Shown here piece by piece: positions 1 to 11,881 of a stretch of 64,000 bases of DNA. The stretch spans positions 868,001 to 932,000 of the forward strand of contig OZ237736.1 in the NCBI GenBank assembly GCA_965178125.1. Reading direction: 5' to 3'. The DNA is from Bilabrum cf. latius. Lineage: Eukaryota. A program made the translations under genes and the position numbers. Numbering within the stretch: position 1 is the stretch's first letter; every line of letters begins with the position of its first letter. Below the pieces are notes generated by a model. That model searched no databases. It saw only the letters and a program-made list of their open reading frames with translations, and was not told the DNA's origin.

Positions 1-12
1 CGGGCCTTGGTA

Positions 13-586
13 TTATTTGCAGCAGCCCCATCGTCGCGCCCCCCCCTACTGCTGGGCAAAGACCTCAATGACACTCCCTTCCTCCATCTGCGAGACGCTA
101 AAATTCGACAGCCACGCGCGAAGACGATTCACTGCAGCCATTTCGATCAGGACTGCGAATACTTGTTTGAATCTTACCCCGTAATGCTTGATTTGCTTGT
201 CTGGATCGTCGAGCTGCGATGAAGTCGGGCTTTCTCCAAATAAGCTATTTCATAAAACATGAATGAAATGCAAGCAATCAAAGAACATTGCTTACGGTGT
301 TTCCATCAAAGCTAAATCGGACCGCATCGGATGACAATCCATTCTGCTTGCAATACGCATCCATGATCTTGCGCGCAGGCGTCTTCTTCTTAACCTGCAA
401 AATCAAATGACAACAAGTGGGGGCTGCCGTGTGACATGTGAATGCATCAGGACACAAGGCCCATGCCAACTAACACCTGCAATTCGAACCGTCGTCGTAT
501 CTCACCTTAAACGTTATCTGCTCGCCATCAGAGGCCTTGACGACAATTGATATTTTGGAGCTACCGCTGTCGTCTGCTGCTGCCAT
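13..586 (-). CDS. SMT3: SUMO (small ubiquitin-like modifier) precursor, 4 exons, 1 in-frame TAG
   Basis: Exons 586-506, 394-296, 213-178, 87-13 (GT-AG, all phase 0) give MAAADDSGSSKISIVVKASDGEQITFK/VKKKTPARKIMDAYCKQNGLSSDAVRFSFDGNT/LDDPDKQIKHYG/MEEGSVIEVFAQQ*GGARRWGCCK-TAA. This has SUMO-type FKVK, RFxFDG and QxGG motifs. TAG at 46-48 precedes the GG. Confidence 0.92.
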
Positions 587-764
587 TATACACTCGGAAC
601 AATCGGGAGTACCTGGTCGACGTTGAGCTATCATTGGTTCCGCTACAATGGTTCCGCAAGCGCCGCGGCAGCGATACTGCGCGGCGCCTCCTGCACTTCG
701 TCTTCAGGCCATTTGCAGGCTTGAACGCGCTCGAAAGATGCACCACGTTTGGTTTGCTCATCAA

Positions 765-2198
765 ATGCGAGAGCTAGGCTCTTGTTTATGCGGTGTCGTT
801 GCATGTCTGTGCTGTCTGGGGCCTGTTTCACTCATTATTGCAATCGTCTTCTTTGTCGGAGCGGCTAGGAACCACAGAGAAGACCTGGTAGAGTCATACA
901 ATGGCGTGGTTGACATATGGAAGCATGGATTAGCGGCACAATTTGGTGCAATCTCGCCATTTTTGGCCCAGGCCACGGACGTCGGCATTAGTCGAAGAGT
1001 TGCTGTAAACTATACGAGCCAGCCTCCTCCGAGAATCGATTCTGGAAGCGACCTGGACAAGTATTCATAGCACCCTATATTCTATGGTGTTGGACGGCTA
1101 TTTAATGATGTGCATGGAGCCTACAACTGGCCCATCGACGACTCGCACTACGTTCCATCAGCGATTTAGATCCCGTCGTTCCGGGTCTTTTAGTAGAACT
1201 CTCAGTCCACCGTGCTGCCATACACTGGCGAGCACCCATCAGGCGGTGCTCCTGTGGTCTTCATGGCAAAGGAGTTTGGAGCATCGCAGTCGAGCTGCAT
1301 GTCAAGGCGGGGCATCTTTGTGGGCTCCCCTTCCTACATGGACGACGACGATTTCTCCACGCGAGACGATGATTACCACCGCTACGACGACGATGATGAT
1401 TTCAACCACCATCACCACCACCACAAGACTGTGAAAGGGGTGTGCATCACTTTCTGGGCCCTGCGGAGCGTGTGCGTCACTGTCACCGTCCCGTCAACGA
1501 CGACGCATAGGATGCCGCTGGCAGTGCGAAACGGAACCGGGGCCGCAGCTGTAGACCGCAGCTGGCACAACGAGGCCGGTTGCGAGGGAATCCCACAGGC
1601 GCTACGAGCAGCGACGGTCCCATCCGAGCTGAGGTTCGGATCGGCGGCGCCGTTCGGCGTCTCCTCCTTCGGGTACGAGCAGGTGCCCGCCTAGGGGAGA
1701 AGGGGACCGTCTGTGGTGAGCCTCAGCAGCACCCGCGTGACGGTCCGGTCGGGAGGGGACCCGTACGTGGAGGCGGTGCGCCTGACGAACGGGAAGCCCA
1801 CGTCGTTCGGTTTGACCAGGGCGACCCAGTTCGCAATCGCGGTGGCTTTCTTTGTGATCGGGGGGATTGGCTGTGCCATCCCCATTGGAATTCTCTGCTG
1901 GGTGCGGGCCTGCGTGGGCGGGGGCAGCAGCAGCAGCAGCAGCAGCGGTGGCTCGGCAGGAGGGCCGTGGGAGGGGCAGCAACCGCAGGGAGGGGGTGCG
2001 ACGGCGCCTCTAGTGCAGGGAGGAGGAGGAAGAGACGCCGGCGGCTGGTAGCCGTAGGATCCCTGGCAGCCGCCCGCCTCCGCGCCACCGCCAGAGGCAG
2101 TGTACGGTGGACCTCCCCAGGGTCCGGTGCAGCCGTACCCGGGGCAGGCGTATCCGAACCAGCCCTAGATGCAGCGTCCGGGGTTTATAGTTCAGTGA
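765..2198 (+). CDS. Uncharacterised membrane protein (N- and C-terminal hydrophobic segments, Asp/His-rich tract, Pro/Gln-rich tail)
   Basis: ORF-track pieces 648..1070, 1212..1694 and 1713..2051 share one frame, broken only by TAG, and end at TGA 2196-2198. TM-like segments LIIAIVFFVG and FAIAVAFFVIGGIGCAIPIGILCW. Start codon uncertain (648/738/765). Confidence 0.7.
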
Positions 2199-2858
2199 AT
2201 TCTGTTGGACGAACATACTTTATTCGGCTCGCTCGTAGATGACCGTTGCAGTCTGTGCGTGCCAGAGTGGGAGGGATGACTCGCAGGTGCTCACCCCAGC
2301 ATGTTGCAGAAATGTGCGCAGCATCAATGCGATCATATGTAAACCGGTGAACGTGTTTTCGCCAAGCTTACGTGCCAAGGACCTCCAGGAGCGGAGGTAG
2401 GCCGACGCAGGCTATTTCTTGTGCGAGCTCTCGTCTGCCTGTCCCTCCGGAGCTAGATCAAAGTCTCTCTGGGATACGTGGCCGTTCCTGCAGTAAAATA
2501 TATTTGAGGTATCGCGAGGTGATCTCAACTAGCCCTGGAACGGAGGCTACCAGGCAACATCGCTACAAGTAGTTCGACTTGCTTGATTTGTCCCAATTTG
2601 CCGATCATCAATTGAGACACTGCAACTCGCACAATCGCACCACCCAACGCGAGTGACTCCGCCGTGGCGATGCAACAAAACGATGGTCGATCGTATGAAC
2701 AGAAATCCCATTCAGTTGCTTCATCAAATAGAAAGTCTGGGGAGTTGCACACATCGCGACGTGTTGATGGACCCTAGGCCGCTGCTTCACGTCGCGGTTT
2801 GACCAACCCATCAATTCACGTCGGCATCTAGGGATCGAAAGACAAAGCGCTTGCGAAA

Positions 2859-5800
2859 ATGGGCAGACTTGGGGGCTCAATGCGCAGCATCCCCCAGAAA
2901 GAACAGGAAATTCTGCTCGGTGGTTCCAAGAGAAGTCGACATGCAATGCTGTACCGGACAACTTCGCAGGGCCAAGCGCAGGCTTCTACTGGACTGGGCC
3001 ATTTTCCATTGCTGCAGCATGTTTCACGCGGCTTTGGCGTGGAAGCCTCCCGAACCAACTCTGGACGATCTGTTGGGGTGCAGTCTGCACCGGGGCACTC
3101 TCTCGCCGGGCCAGGCGGCCTTGGGATCCAAGTTTCAGGCCAGGATGAGTTTCCATCAGATTTTAAAAGTAGGATTGATATTCCTGTGCTCAATGGCGGT
3201 AGTGGAGCCTCTAGCAGTGGCGACCTCGGGGTCCAAGCCGGAGCTGGAGCGACGCAGCTCAGCGATGCCCAACAATCTCCTCCTGGTAACTTGAAGGTTC
3301 AATCGGTTTTGAATCCCAAAATCACTCGCGGAAATGGTGGACTTCCGTTGCAGCACGCTGCCGGGCTCCCGCGAGGTCAAGATACGGCCAGCGAGGCCAG
3401 AGACGAAAGCCGACATGTCTCGGGTGTGCATGAGGTAAGATGTGACAATACGAGCTGCCTCAGATTTTGGTGCATTCGTGTACAAAATTGGCTGCCTGTC
3501 AGAGCAAGGGCTCTCGCCGCAGCCAGTCGCCGTTCTAATCGCCTTCTGCCACGCATAGTGGCCCGATTGACTTGCCCCTTCGTGGTCGCGCTTTGTCGGA
3601 CCATTCAGCAAAAGTATGTAGCATCTTGCATGTTCTCGCAGGGAGGAAATTCGACTGGAGCACCTCGAATCCAGGAGCCTCGTGCGGTCTCAGCTCCCCG
3701 TCCGCCCACTGCTGCCGTGCCCAGCGGTACAGGGGGGGCAGGACTTCATGCAAGTCTAGGAAACAGGCCCGGTGTGGCATCGACTCTACCAGCACCGCCA
3801 AATGCGGATGTACTTGGTGGCTCCTCCACTCCGATGCGAGGTGAGCTACCTTCGCCTGCCAGTGGCGGGCGCTCGGCTCGAATCGGCTCGAGCCAGTCCG
3901 TCTTGACCTCGGCTATGTCTGTCCAGCACGGGGGCAAGGGCGACCAGGCTGCTGTGGCAGCAACTCTGCAAGGCATCAGTCGCAACCACGGGCACTCACA
4001 GGAGGTATGGGACCCTCGCCGGCTGCCAAAGCCGACCGTGGAGGACTTTTCCAGCTTCGAGGAGATGATGGCACAGCTGCCGTCGAGCTTCGGCATATTG
4101 GAAGTCATGGGCAGGGACGGAACCGCCGCATACCACGTGAATGTGGTCAGCATCACAAAGATGCAGAAACGAACGTACACCCTGCGGACCGCAATGCAGG
4201 CGTACTTTGTGCTGCTGAGATACTCCTACAAGAAGTGGATGCACCTCATGCGCGCCGCCCCGCAGCAGGCTGCCAAGGCACACGCTCCAGCTAGTGCCGC
4301 TGTCCCCTCTGCGCCCGCCTCTGCGAGATCGTCTGTGGCTTCGCTCAGTGCTGGTCGTGGCGAATTTGCACTCGCTGGCGCTTCTGCAGCTGCGAAGTCT
4401 GCACCATCGAGACCCCAGTAGATGCAGGCCATTCCATCGGTGATGTCGCCTGGCCGCCATCTGGGGGACTAGTCCGTCAGCACCGGCTCCAGCCAAGAAA
4501 GTTCGGCAAGCAGCGGTGGTGCTGCCGTTTCTGAAGGCCAGCAATCCCGCGTGCACTCGTCCTTGTCTTCGGAGAGGGGTCCCGGCGGTGAGATTGGTTT
4601 TCCAGTGGACATTTTATCTCATCGTGGGCTACCCCATGCCTCGGGAGGGTTGATTCTGCCTGAATCTCAACAGGCGTCACAGGCAGGGAGCAGCGAGAGC
4701 CTCGAGTCTAGACCACGGCGAGCGAGGCAGCACTCTCTGAAAGACTTGGACCTGCTGGAGAGGCCAGCCAGCCGGGAGCATCGCATGCTGAGCACATCTT
4801 CCGACGGCAGCCTGGGGCCAGCGGGTGTGTCTCCAACCGCCTCCACTTCGGGTGCAGGCGCGTTGTCAGATGCCGCAAAACACTGGGAAGCCCGCGATGC
4901 GACCTCCTCATCCTCGTCGTCATCTTCCGCCTTGATGCAACCTCATCCAGATAAGCAAGACCACCCAGACGATGTGTCAGACGGCAGTAGCATTGCACGC
5001 AAGTTCACTGGGATCGATTCCGAGCTGCACCAGCCCGCTTTTTCAGGCATACGGTCTCAAGATGACAATGGGTCGCTGATTTCGTACGGTGGAGGAGGTG
5101 GCCCAGCACCACCACCGAGCCGAGTCATCGATGCGAGCGAGTCTGCAGCGATCCGTTCACACCTTCCGCCTACCGCTGCAGAGTTGGAAGCGAAGCGGTC
5201 GTAGGGGCAGGGAGATGTGTTCGTCCCAGGCCGCGGTTCGGTTGAAAACGATAGTGTGGCGGCTAGGGAATTATCGGGCCTTTCAACGATAGGCAGGCGA
5301 GAGCACTCCAGCGCAAGCCAGAGCTCGATGCTGCTGCCTGTGGGGCATGCTAGGCAAAGCTCGTTCCCAAGCAGCCCGATGCTGCCGTCACCGGTTTCGG
5401 CAGGTCAGGCGCAAGCACAGTCGGTGACCATGTCGTCAGGGGCCTAGTTCCCTGCCACCACGGCCGCACCTGGGGGCCCAGTAGCGGTGCAGCAGCCGCA
5501 TATGGTGCAGCCGATGCAAGGCCGATTCCTGGTAGCAACTAGAGCACCCGATGGCAGCACCTAGTACGTATTGCAGGGGGGGTAGGGTGCCATGCCGGTC
5601 AGGCTCATGCAGCAGGGACAGCAGCCGGGCGGGCAGGGTATCCTGCCGCAGGGCCATCTGCCGAGGCCGTACAGGTACACATATGCCTTGCAGCAACAGC
5701 CCGGGAAGATGCAGCAGTATCGCATGGTCGTCATGCCGAGCAACCAGATGGCGAGGCCTCCAGTATTGCCCCAGACCGGTTCCATGGTGATGCGTACAAT

Positions 5801-7274
5801 GCAGTCTGCGCAGGGCCCAGCAATGCGGCAGATGGTGCCGGCACATTCGCCGCCGCAAGCATCTACGCCCATCGGCAGCAAGCGGCCAGCCAATGCAGCC
5901 TCTCGCTAGCAGCCGCTCGTCTCGCCCACGCAAGCCTCATCGGGTGCAGCGATCCCACCCTCGGACGAAAAGTAGCCTGCAGCGAAGCGAGCGAGGGTAG
6001 ATGGCTCCCAGCAGGAGAGCGGAGAGACGTCCAGCACGACTGCCTCTGCCTCTGCAACAGCAAGTGCCCGCAACACGGCGTCTTCAGAGACGCAAACCCA
6101 GACGCAGATACCTGAGCTGTCGCATGGCACCACCGTGCCTGGTCGCACGTCTCGGCGGCGGCGATCCTCAGCCAAGGCCCGGTAGATGGACTAGCTGGCG
6201 TCCTCTCCGCAGTCTCCTCCTTCACAAAAGGACAAGGATCCCCGGCAGGCAGCACTGGAGCGTATTGCAGCAGCCGAAGAACGCGTTGCCAAACAGAAAC
6301 GCAGGGCCGCCGCAGCTTCCGCGGCGGCAGCAACCCGAGCGAAAAGCAGCCGCAAACGAGGATCGCCTGCTCTGAGCTCATCCGAGGCAGCAGCAGCAGC
6401 AGCAGCAGCAGTTGCAGCAGACTCGGACGATGATGAGCAGGATGGCATGAAGGATGGGCCCTCGGTGCAGCTGGATCCTCCCGAGGCGCCTGACGTCGCC
6501 CCTCCCGCCTCCCTTGCTCAGTCGGTGATGGCAAGCGCTGCTCTGGCCTCTCTCCCTGTGGTGGGGAAGCAAGCCATGAATCACCCTGCGCCGAAAAGCC
6601 AGAAGAGAAAAACAGATAGCTCCGATTCGCACAGCATGGCCTCTGACTCAATCGATGTCGTGTTCGAGATCATGTTTCCTGGGCGAGAGACCACACTCTA
6701 CTTCAACAAGCCCATGGGATACGAAGAGCGCTTCAACAGAAGAAAATTCAAGCCCGGGCGGCCAGCAGTCGGCCTATCTGACGACCAGGTGCGCGTGCTG
6801 AAGCGATGGATGGGTCGCGTGGAGAACTGGAGTGCCCCGTTTCCCCCCGACTCGGCAAAGGCTCGCATCGCTGAGAAGGCGTGCCTCACTGTTGGGCAGG
6901 TGGGTACGTGGCTAAAGAACGAACGAAAGCGTGTTTGGAATCGCAGGCGAGAGCATGCGGCCATCAAGTGGAACTCGATGTCGAAGCAGTAGCGGCTGCA
7001 CATGAACCGAGTGTACGAGCCGCATAGGCGAGAGATCCTGAAGCGACGGATCGCTGCCCTCGGTCAGGATGAGCTGCCTCAGTCGGCCCTGCAATCCGAG
7101 GAGGCAACGGCTCAGGTATTGGAGCGCCTGCTGCAGTACGACCCAGCCGAGGATATCTTCAAGGAGCAACCAAAACGGTACAACTTGTCGATCTGTCGCG
7201 TTGCAGTACCCATGGGGCAGGCAGTGGGAGGGGCAAGCGACGAAGGCGGGCAGGCGAAGGGAGGTGGTAAGTGA
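2859..7274 (+). CDS. Large low-complexity protein with C-terminal TALE-type homeodomain
   Basis: Six ORF pieces in one frame joined across about 11 TAGs; ends TGA. Probable in-frame intron 3435-3641 (GTAAGA...CGCAG). Homeodomain LSDDQVRVLKRWMGRVENWSAPFPPDSAKARIAEKACLTVGQVGTWLKNERKRVW at about 6775-6940. Confidence 0.8.
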
Positions 7275-7504
7275 GGCACCTACCAGAGGTGTGCCGGGTT
7301 GGAGGTACGCCGGCGCTGCTTCCAACGCGGATTCATTGGCATGTCATCGAATGAACGAACAGGTGTGATCTCTGTGTCCATTCACAGCAGTTGTGACCAT
7401 AATCAGCCATTTGAAGTGCAATCCCAGGCCAACTCGATGTCCCACCAGTCCACCACACAAACCTCGCCGCACGAGCACAACTTCCTGCAGCACGATGTCC
7501 GAGA

Positions 7505-9859
7505 TCAACCAGCGCAAGCGACCTGCAGGGCCCTCTCGCCAGCGTTCGTCTGCGTGTTAATGCAAGATGGGTGCCCAGGCACGAGCGTGTGTGCACCAGG
7601 CAGGAAGTCATCTGCTCCACCGACTGTGGCCGTGCATCCGCCCTCCGTGCTCCCAAGGGTGATGCAAGACTCTGACTCGTTGAACGACAGGCTGAACCGC
7701 AGCCCACGGAAAACAAACCCACGAATCGTCATTCGAGTTGTGCCGGGTGGCAGAAGAGGTCTCCGTAGGAGCACCTGTCCGTCTCCAGCCTCGCCAGTCG
7801 AAGGAGCGAGCCGCATGCCAGCGTACCCGAGAACAAGGTTCTGCATGTAGCCACCAGCACCGGTCAGGAAATTGAGATTTCCGCCAACTTGTGCGCGCTC
7901 CATCCAAGTATTGAAGTGGCCGAGGTCCTGGTGCGCGAAAGCCAGCTGAAACTGTGAGTCCGCGGCCGTTCTATTGCCGAGCAGGAGCCACGCGACCGAG
8001 TACGACGAGTCTCCCGTAAACATGCCCTGAAACGGGGTGCGCGCAGTGTAATACTCGAGATCGGCCCTCTTCACCTGGTCGTCTAGCGGCCAGTACAGCG
8101 GATGCTGCAGCAGTGCAACGTCCGCTTGGTTGATCTCCTGGCCGTGGTACCCCTGGAACTCGGGGTGCACTCTGTGCCCAGGCCACAACGAATCGGATAT
8201 GGGAATGTAGGGGCGAGCGGACACCTCCCTCCACATGCGTGGGACACTCTTGCCAAGTCGCCCGGCCAGGAAGGCACAGAAATCCAGTGAAGCCGCTGCT
8301 GCCGCGTTCGTGTACACGCTCGAGTTCACGACTCCAGCCCGCTCGTCCGGAGGCTGCACCCCCAAGATCGTGTAGTTCACGGGACGCGCAGGGCCAAGCC
8401 CCTCCCGACTGAAGGACTTGCTACCGCAGTGGATGCCACGCTGCTGTCCAAGCTCATCTTCACCAGGCCCTGCATGGCTCAATAACTCCCCGGTCGCCGG
8501 GTCCACTGCACTGAACCTGCAGTACAAGAACGCGCACGTCGCGTTCGCCATGGGCCATGCGACCTGCTCTGCGTACGAAGGGTCAGACTTTCCGCGCACG
8601 CCCACTGCCCACAGGTAGTTCCGTAGCATGAGCACCAGGTCGGCAGACACGTGCTACTCGTACATGCCCTCGATGTTGGGTGCCTGCACCGTGTCCAGAC
8701 CAGAAAAGGCGCTTTCCCACGGCCAGTCGGCTCCCTCGAAGCCGTAGTCCAGCACCCTGGCCTCTGCTGCAGCCAGCCGCGCCCTCCTGTACTCGATCAT
8801 CGAGTGGCGGACCAGGTCAGGCCGCAGCAGGACAAGTGCCCCTTGGTCCCATGTCAGGCTGTCCCAGAATCTGTGCTGGTGGTAGCAGTTGCTCCCGGGC
8901 CCGCAAGGAGACACGCTCCACGGCTCTTCTGGGTGCATGCTCGTCATCAGGTAGTACAGGCTCGAGTTTGCAGAGGCTGCCACCGTCAAGTTTCCCTCAA
9001 TCTCCACCCCTGTTTCCCACCAGCTCGCCCACTGCTGCTCGTGGGACTGTCGGAGGGCCTCTGCGCCCTGGGCCATGGCGCGGTCGAAGAGCTGCAGTGC
9101 GTCGGCGACTGGGTTGCTCGAGCTGTCGTTTGACACGATGGCCACTGGGAAAAGCATTGGCTAGCCTGGAGCCAGCTATACCTGCACGGTCCCTCCAGTT
9201 GTGGAGGCCAGCGGGAGCACCATGGCGACGAGGTGAGCGGGCCCGCCCACTGTCTCTGCCTGCCTTGTGGTGCCCTACCACAAAACTGCATCCGATCCCG
9301 CGGGCGTCTTCACTGCTGACGAAGTCTGCTCGAAATCATTCACTGATTGGTTGCCGGCCAAAAAAGGCCACTGCAACACGACATCGAGCGTGGCAGTCTA
9401 CTAATCCGACTGCAACAACTCGATTTCTAGCAGCAGCAGCTCTCTTTGTTGGGCATGGGCATACCACCGAGTTTCAACTGTTGCGTTGGAGCGCTCAAAT
9501 AGAGTCAAATTCCGATACATGCTCCTTCTTAGATCCATTGCGCCGCCAATCGGTTTGACATCGTCACCAAGATTGTCATTCGCATCAAAGTGAGCGAGCC
9601 AAGGCGAAGGGATAGCAGCCGCGTCGCTCGGCGTTACGTTAAGATAGCCGTTGTACACACCAGTCATGTACGCCATGCCCTCATTGCCATAGTTCAGACC
9701 CTGGAACAACTCAATGCCAATCCTTCCATTCGAGATCCGAGGCATGTACCCTGGTTTAGGAAGATCAGCAGCAAAAAGCATATCCCCGGCACGTATTTCC
9801 TACTTCCATCTTTCGGGAAGAGCATACGACAATGCAGCCAAGGCTGCGAGACCAGCCAT
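7505..9859 (-). CDS. Glycoside hydrolase family 65, PGGHG/ATHL1-like, probably secreted
   Basis: Motifs YHQHRFWD, WPWESA, E*HVSAD, VQPPDE...VNSSVYTN, NFLTGAGGYMQ. Single frame through TAGs; ends TGA. Hydrophobic N-terminus MAGLAALAALSYA. Confidence 0.85.
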
Positions 9860-10021
9860 ACTGCCAAGAGTAGAATAATTGCTTTGTTCATATGGCTCCG
9901 GATTATTATTATTAGTAGTAACGTTATTATTTCTCAATACTGTGATTTTCAATTCGCTGGCTCCAGCACGTTGTGAGGTGAATCTCCCATCCATGCCGGC
10001 ATAATTGCTATTCACGAAGGC

Positions 10022-11849
10022 ATGTCCGTTACATTACATGTTTGGCTAGCTGTATGTGCAGTAGCTATTCAAAGTATAAGCAATGCATACGGAATTCGCG
10101 TGGCTGCGACGAGGTCCCAGGCGGACGACATCGCCCGCGTGCGAAAAGAGCTTTGGACCACAGGTAAGCAGCTGAAACTCTGTCAATTGATGAATTCGGT
10201 ACGATTTTTCAGCAACGGTACTCCAAAACCTGCACGTTTTCCTACGCAGGAAAGCGCCAAGCTGCTAAGCAAGAGCAAGCTGCGCTCCAAAGCCACCTTG
10301 CCGCTGAAATGGATAAGTTAGGCGTACCACCCGATTATTTGGACCCGCGAATTCCTGTTGAGGCTTTCAAGGCCGAAATGGTTCCTCGCCATGTCATGTT
10401 TGCCCCGCCTCCCGAGCTTCAACATCTTGGGATTGGTGGGCCGAACGGGGCCGGATTGCAATCAATTCACCCGTTCACAACGTAAGACCACTTCCGAAAA
10501 GTCATGGTTGCATGCCGTGTGCATGGTACTCTTGTCCTATCGCGCCTCCGAACAGCCCGTTTCGCAGATTGCCAACAAAGTCGGACCTGGTAGCCGGCCA
10601 GGGCCGCAGAGACGCCCTGGCTCACTTGCCCGCGCTGAGACACCTGCTAGCCATGTACCCATAGTACCGCCACTTGGCTCCCATGTATGGGGCGGGGTGG
10701 TGGGGCATGGATCCCACGCTGAACCCGGATGTAAGGCTGCCTCCTCCGCACGACCCCGCTGCAGTGGGAGGAACCGGGGATGGTGTGGGAGATCCGGAAG
10801 TGCAGGCCGCGATAGCACGGGCAGACCAGCTCGCCTCCAAGGCGGGCCAGCTCGCCCGCTAGGCACCGGGGAGTGAAGAGGCAGTGGAGGCAGCCAGGCG
10901 AGCCGACAGAGCCATCGCGCTGCTGCCACCCGCCGCAGCGTCGGCTCTCCTGTTCCGTCGATTCGCGGGATCTCGGGCGGGCACTCCGGCGCATGGCCTC
11001 CCTGGCGGTATCCCTACGGAACAGGGGCCTTGGGACGTGGACCCGCTGGACCGCAGGTATGGCTGGGGGGATGGAGGTGCCATGGAGTCTGGTTGGTCCG
11101 GGACACTGGCTGATGCTGGCCTGCAGGGGCACACAGACGCAGGTGCGGCCACTGCTCAAGGAGGTGCGCTGCGCGCCGCGATCGGTAGGAACAGCAGAGG
11201 CGCCCCAGCTGTAGAAGCTGGCAGCCAGCCGGGCGCAAGTCCACCATCTGGCGATGTCTTGCAGAGCGAGGAGCCCAGGACCACTGACTGGGCCAAGGCA
11301 GGGCACGAGGACGCTGAGAGGTTCAGGAGCAAGCTGCAGCAACGCTTGCAGCAAGACAAGAACCGCGAGGGTGGATCGTGGCTGGACGGCACTGCGGATC
11401 CCGCCTCGGACTGGCGGGCTGCACGAAGAGCAGCGGGCTTGCCAGTGACCGAGGGCAGCTCGTTTCACACGGGATCAACTAGGCACACTGCCTTGCACCC
11501 GCTCGAGCCAGCCCCCTCCACGGAGTGGGTGCGTATGCCCAGGGGCTGGCAGCCAGGGCAGTCTGCGTACTCGTTGGCGGCGAGAAGGGGGGTGGAGAAA
11601 GCACGATCGCGGACCCGCTCGCTGTCCGCTGCAAGCTTGCTCCAGGCAGGTGCCACCGAGAGCTCGTCCTCGTCATCATTGCACAACAGGCCTCCTTCCT
11701 ACAAGCCCCAGGGCGCCTCTGACACGGTACACATGCAGTACAGGAACGCCCCGCTGCTGCCCCCAGGCAGTTCAGCTGCGACGATGCGTGCAGTACTGCA
11801 CCCGCGCGGGCCTTCCATGCAGCCAGAGGCAGAGGTGGGCGGTAAGGAA

Positions 11850-11881
<32 letters not shown>

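Noticed and set aside
2200-2850. Possible small minus-strand gene (splice-like signals near 2370 and 2490; ORF 2525..2752)
   Set aside because: No recognisable homology and no consistent exon model.
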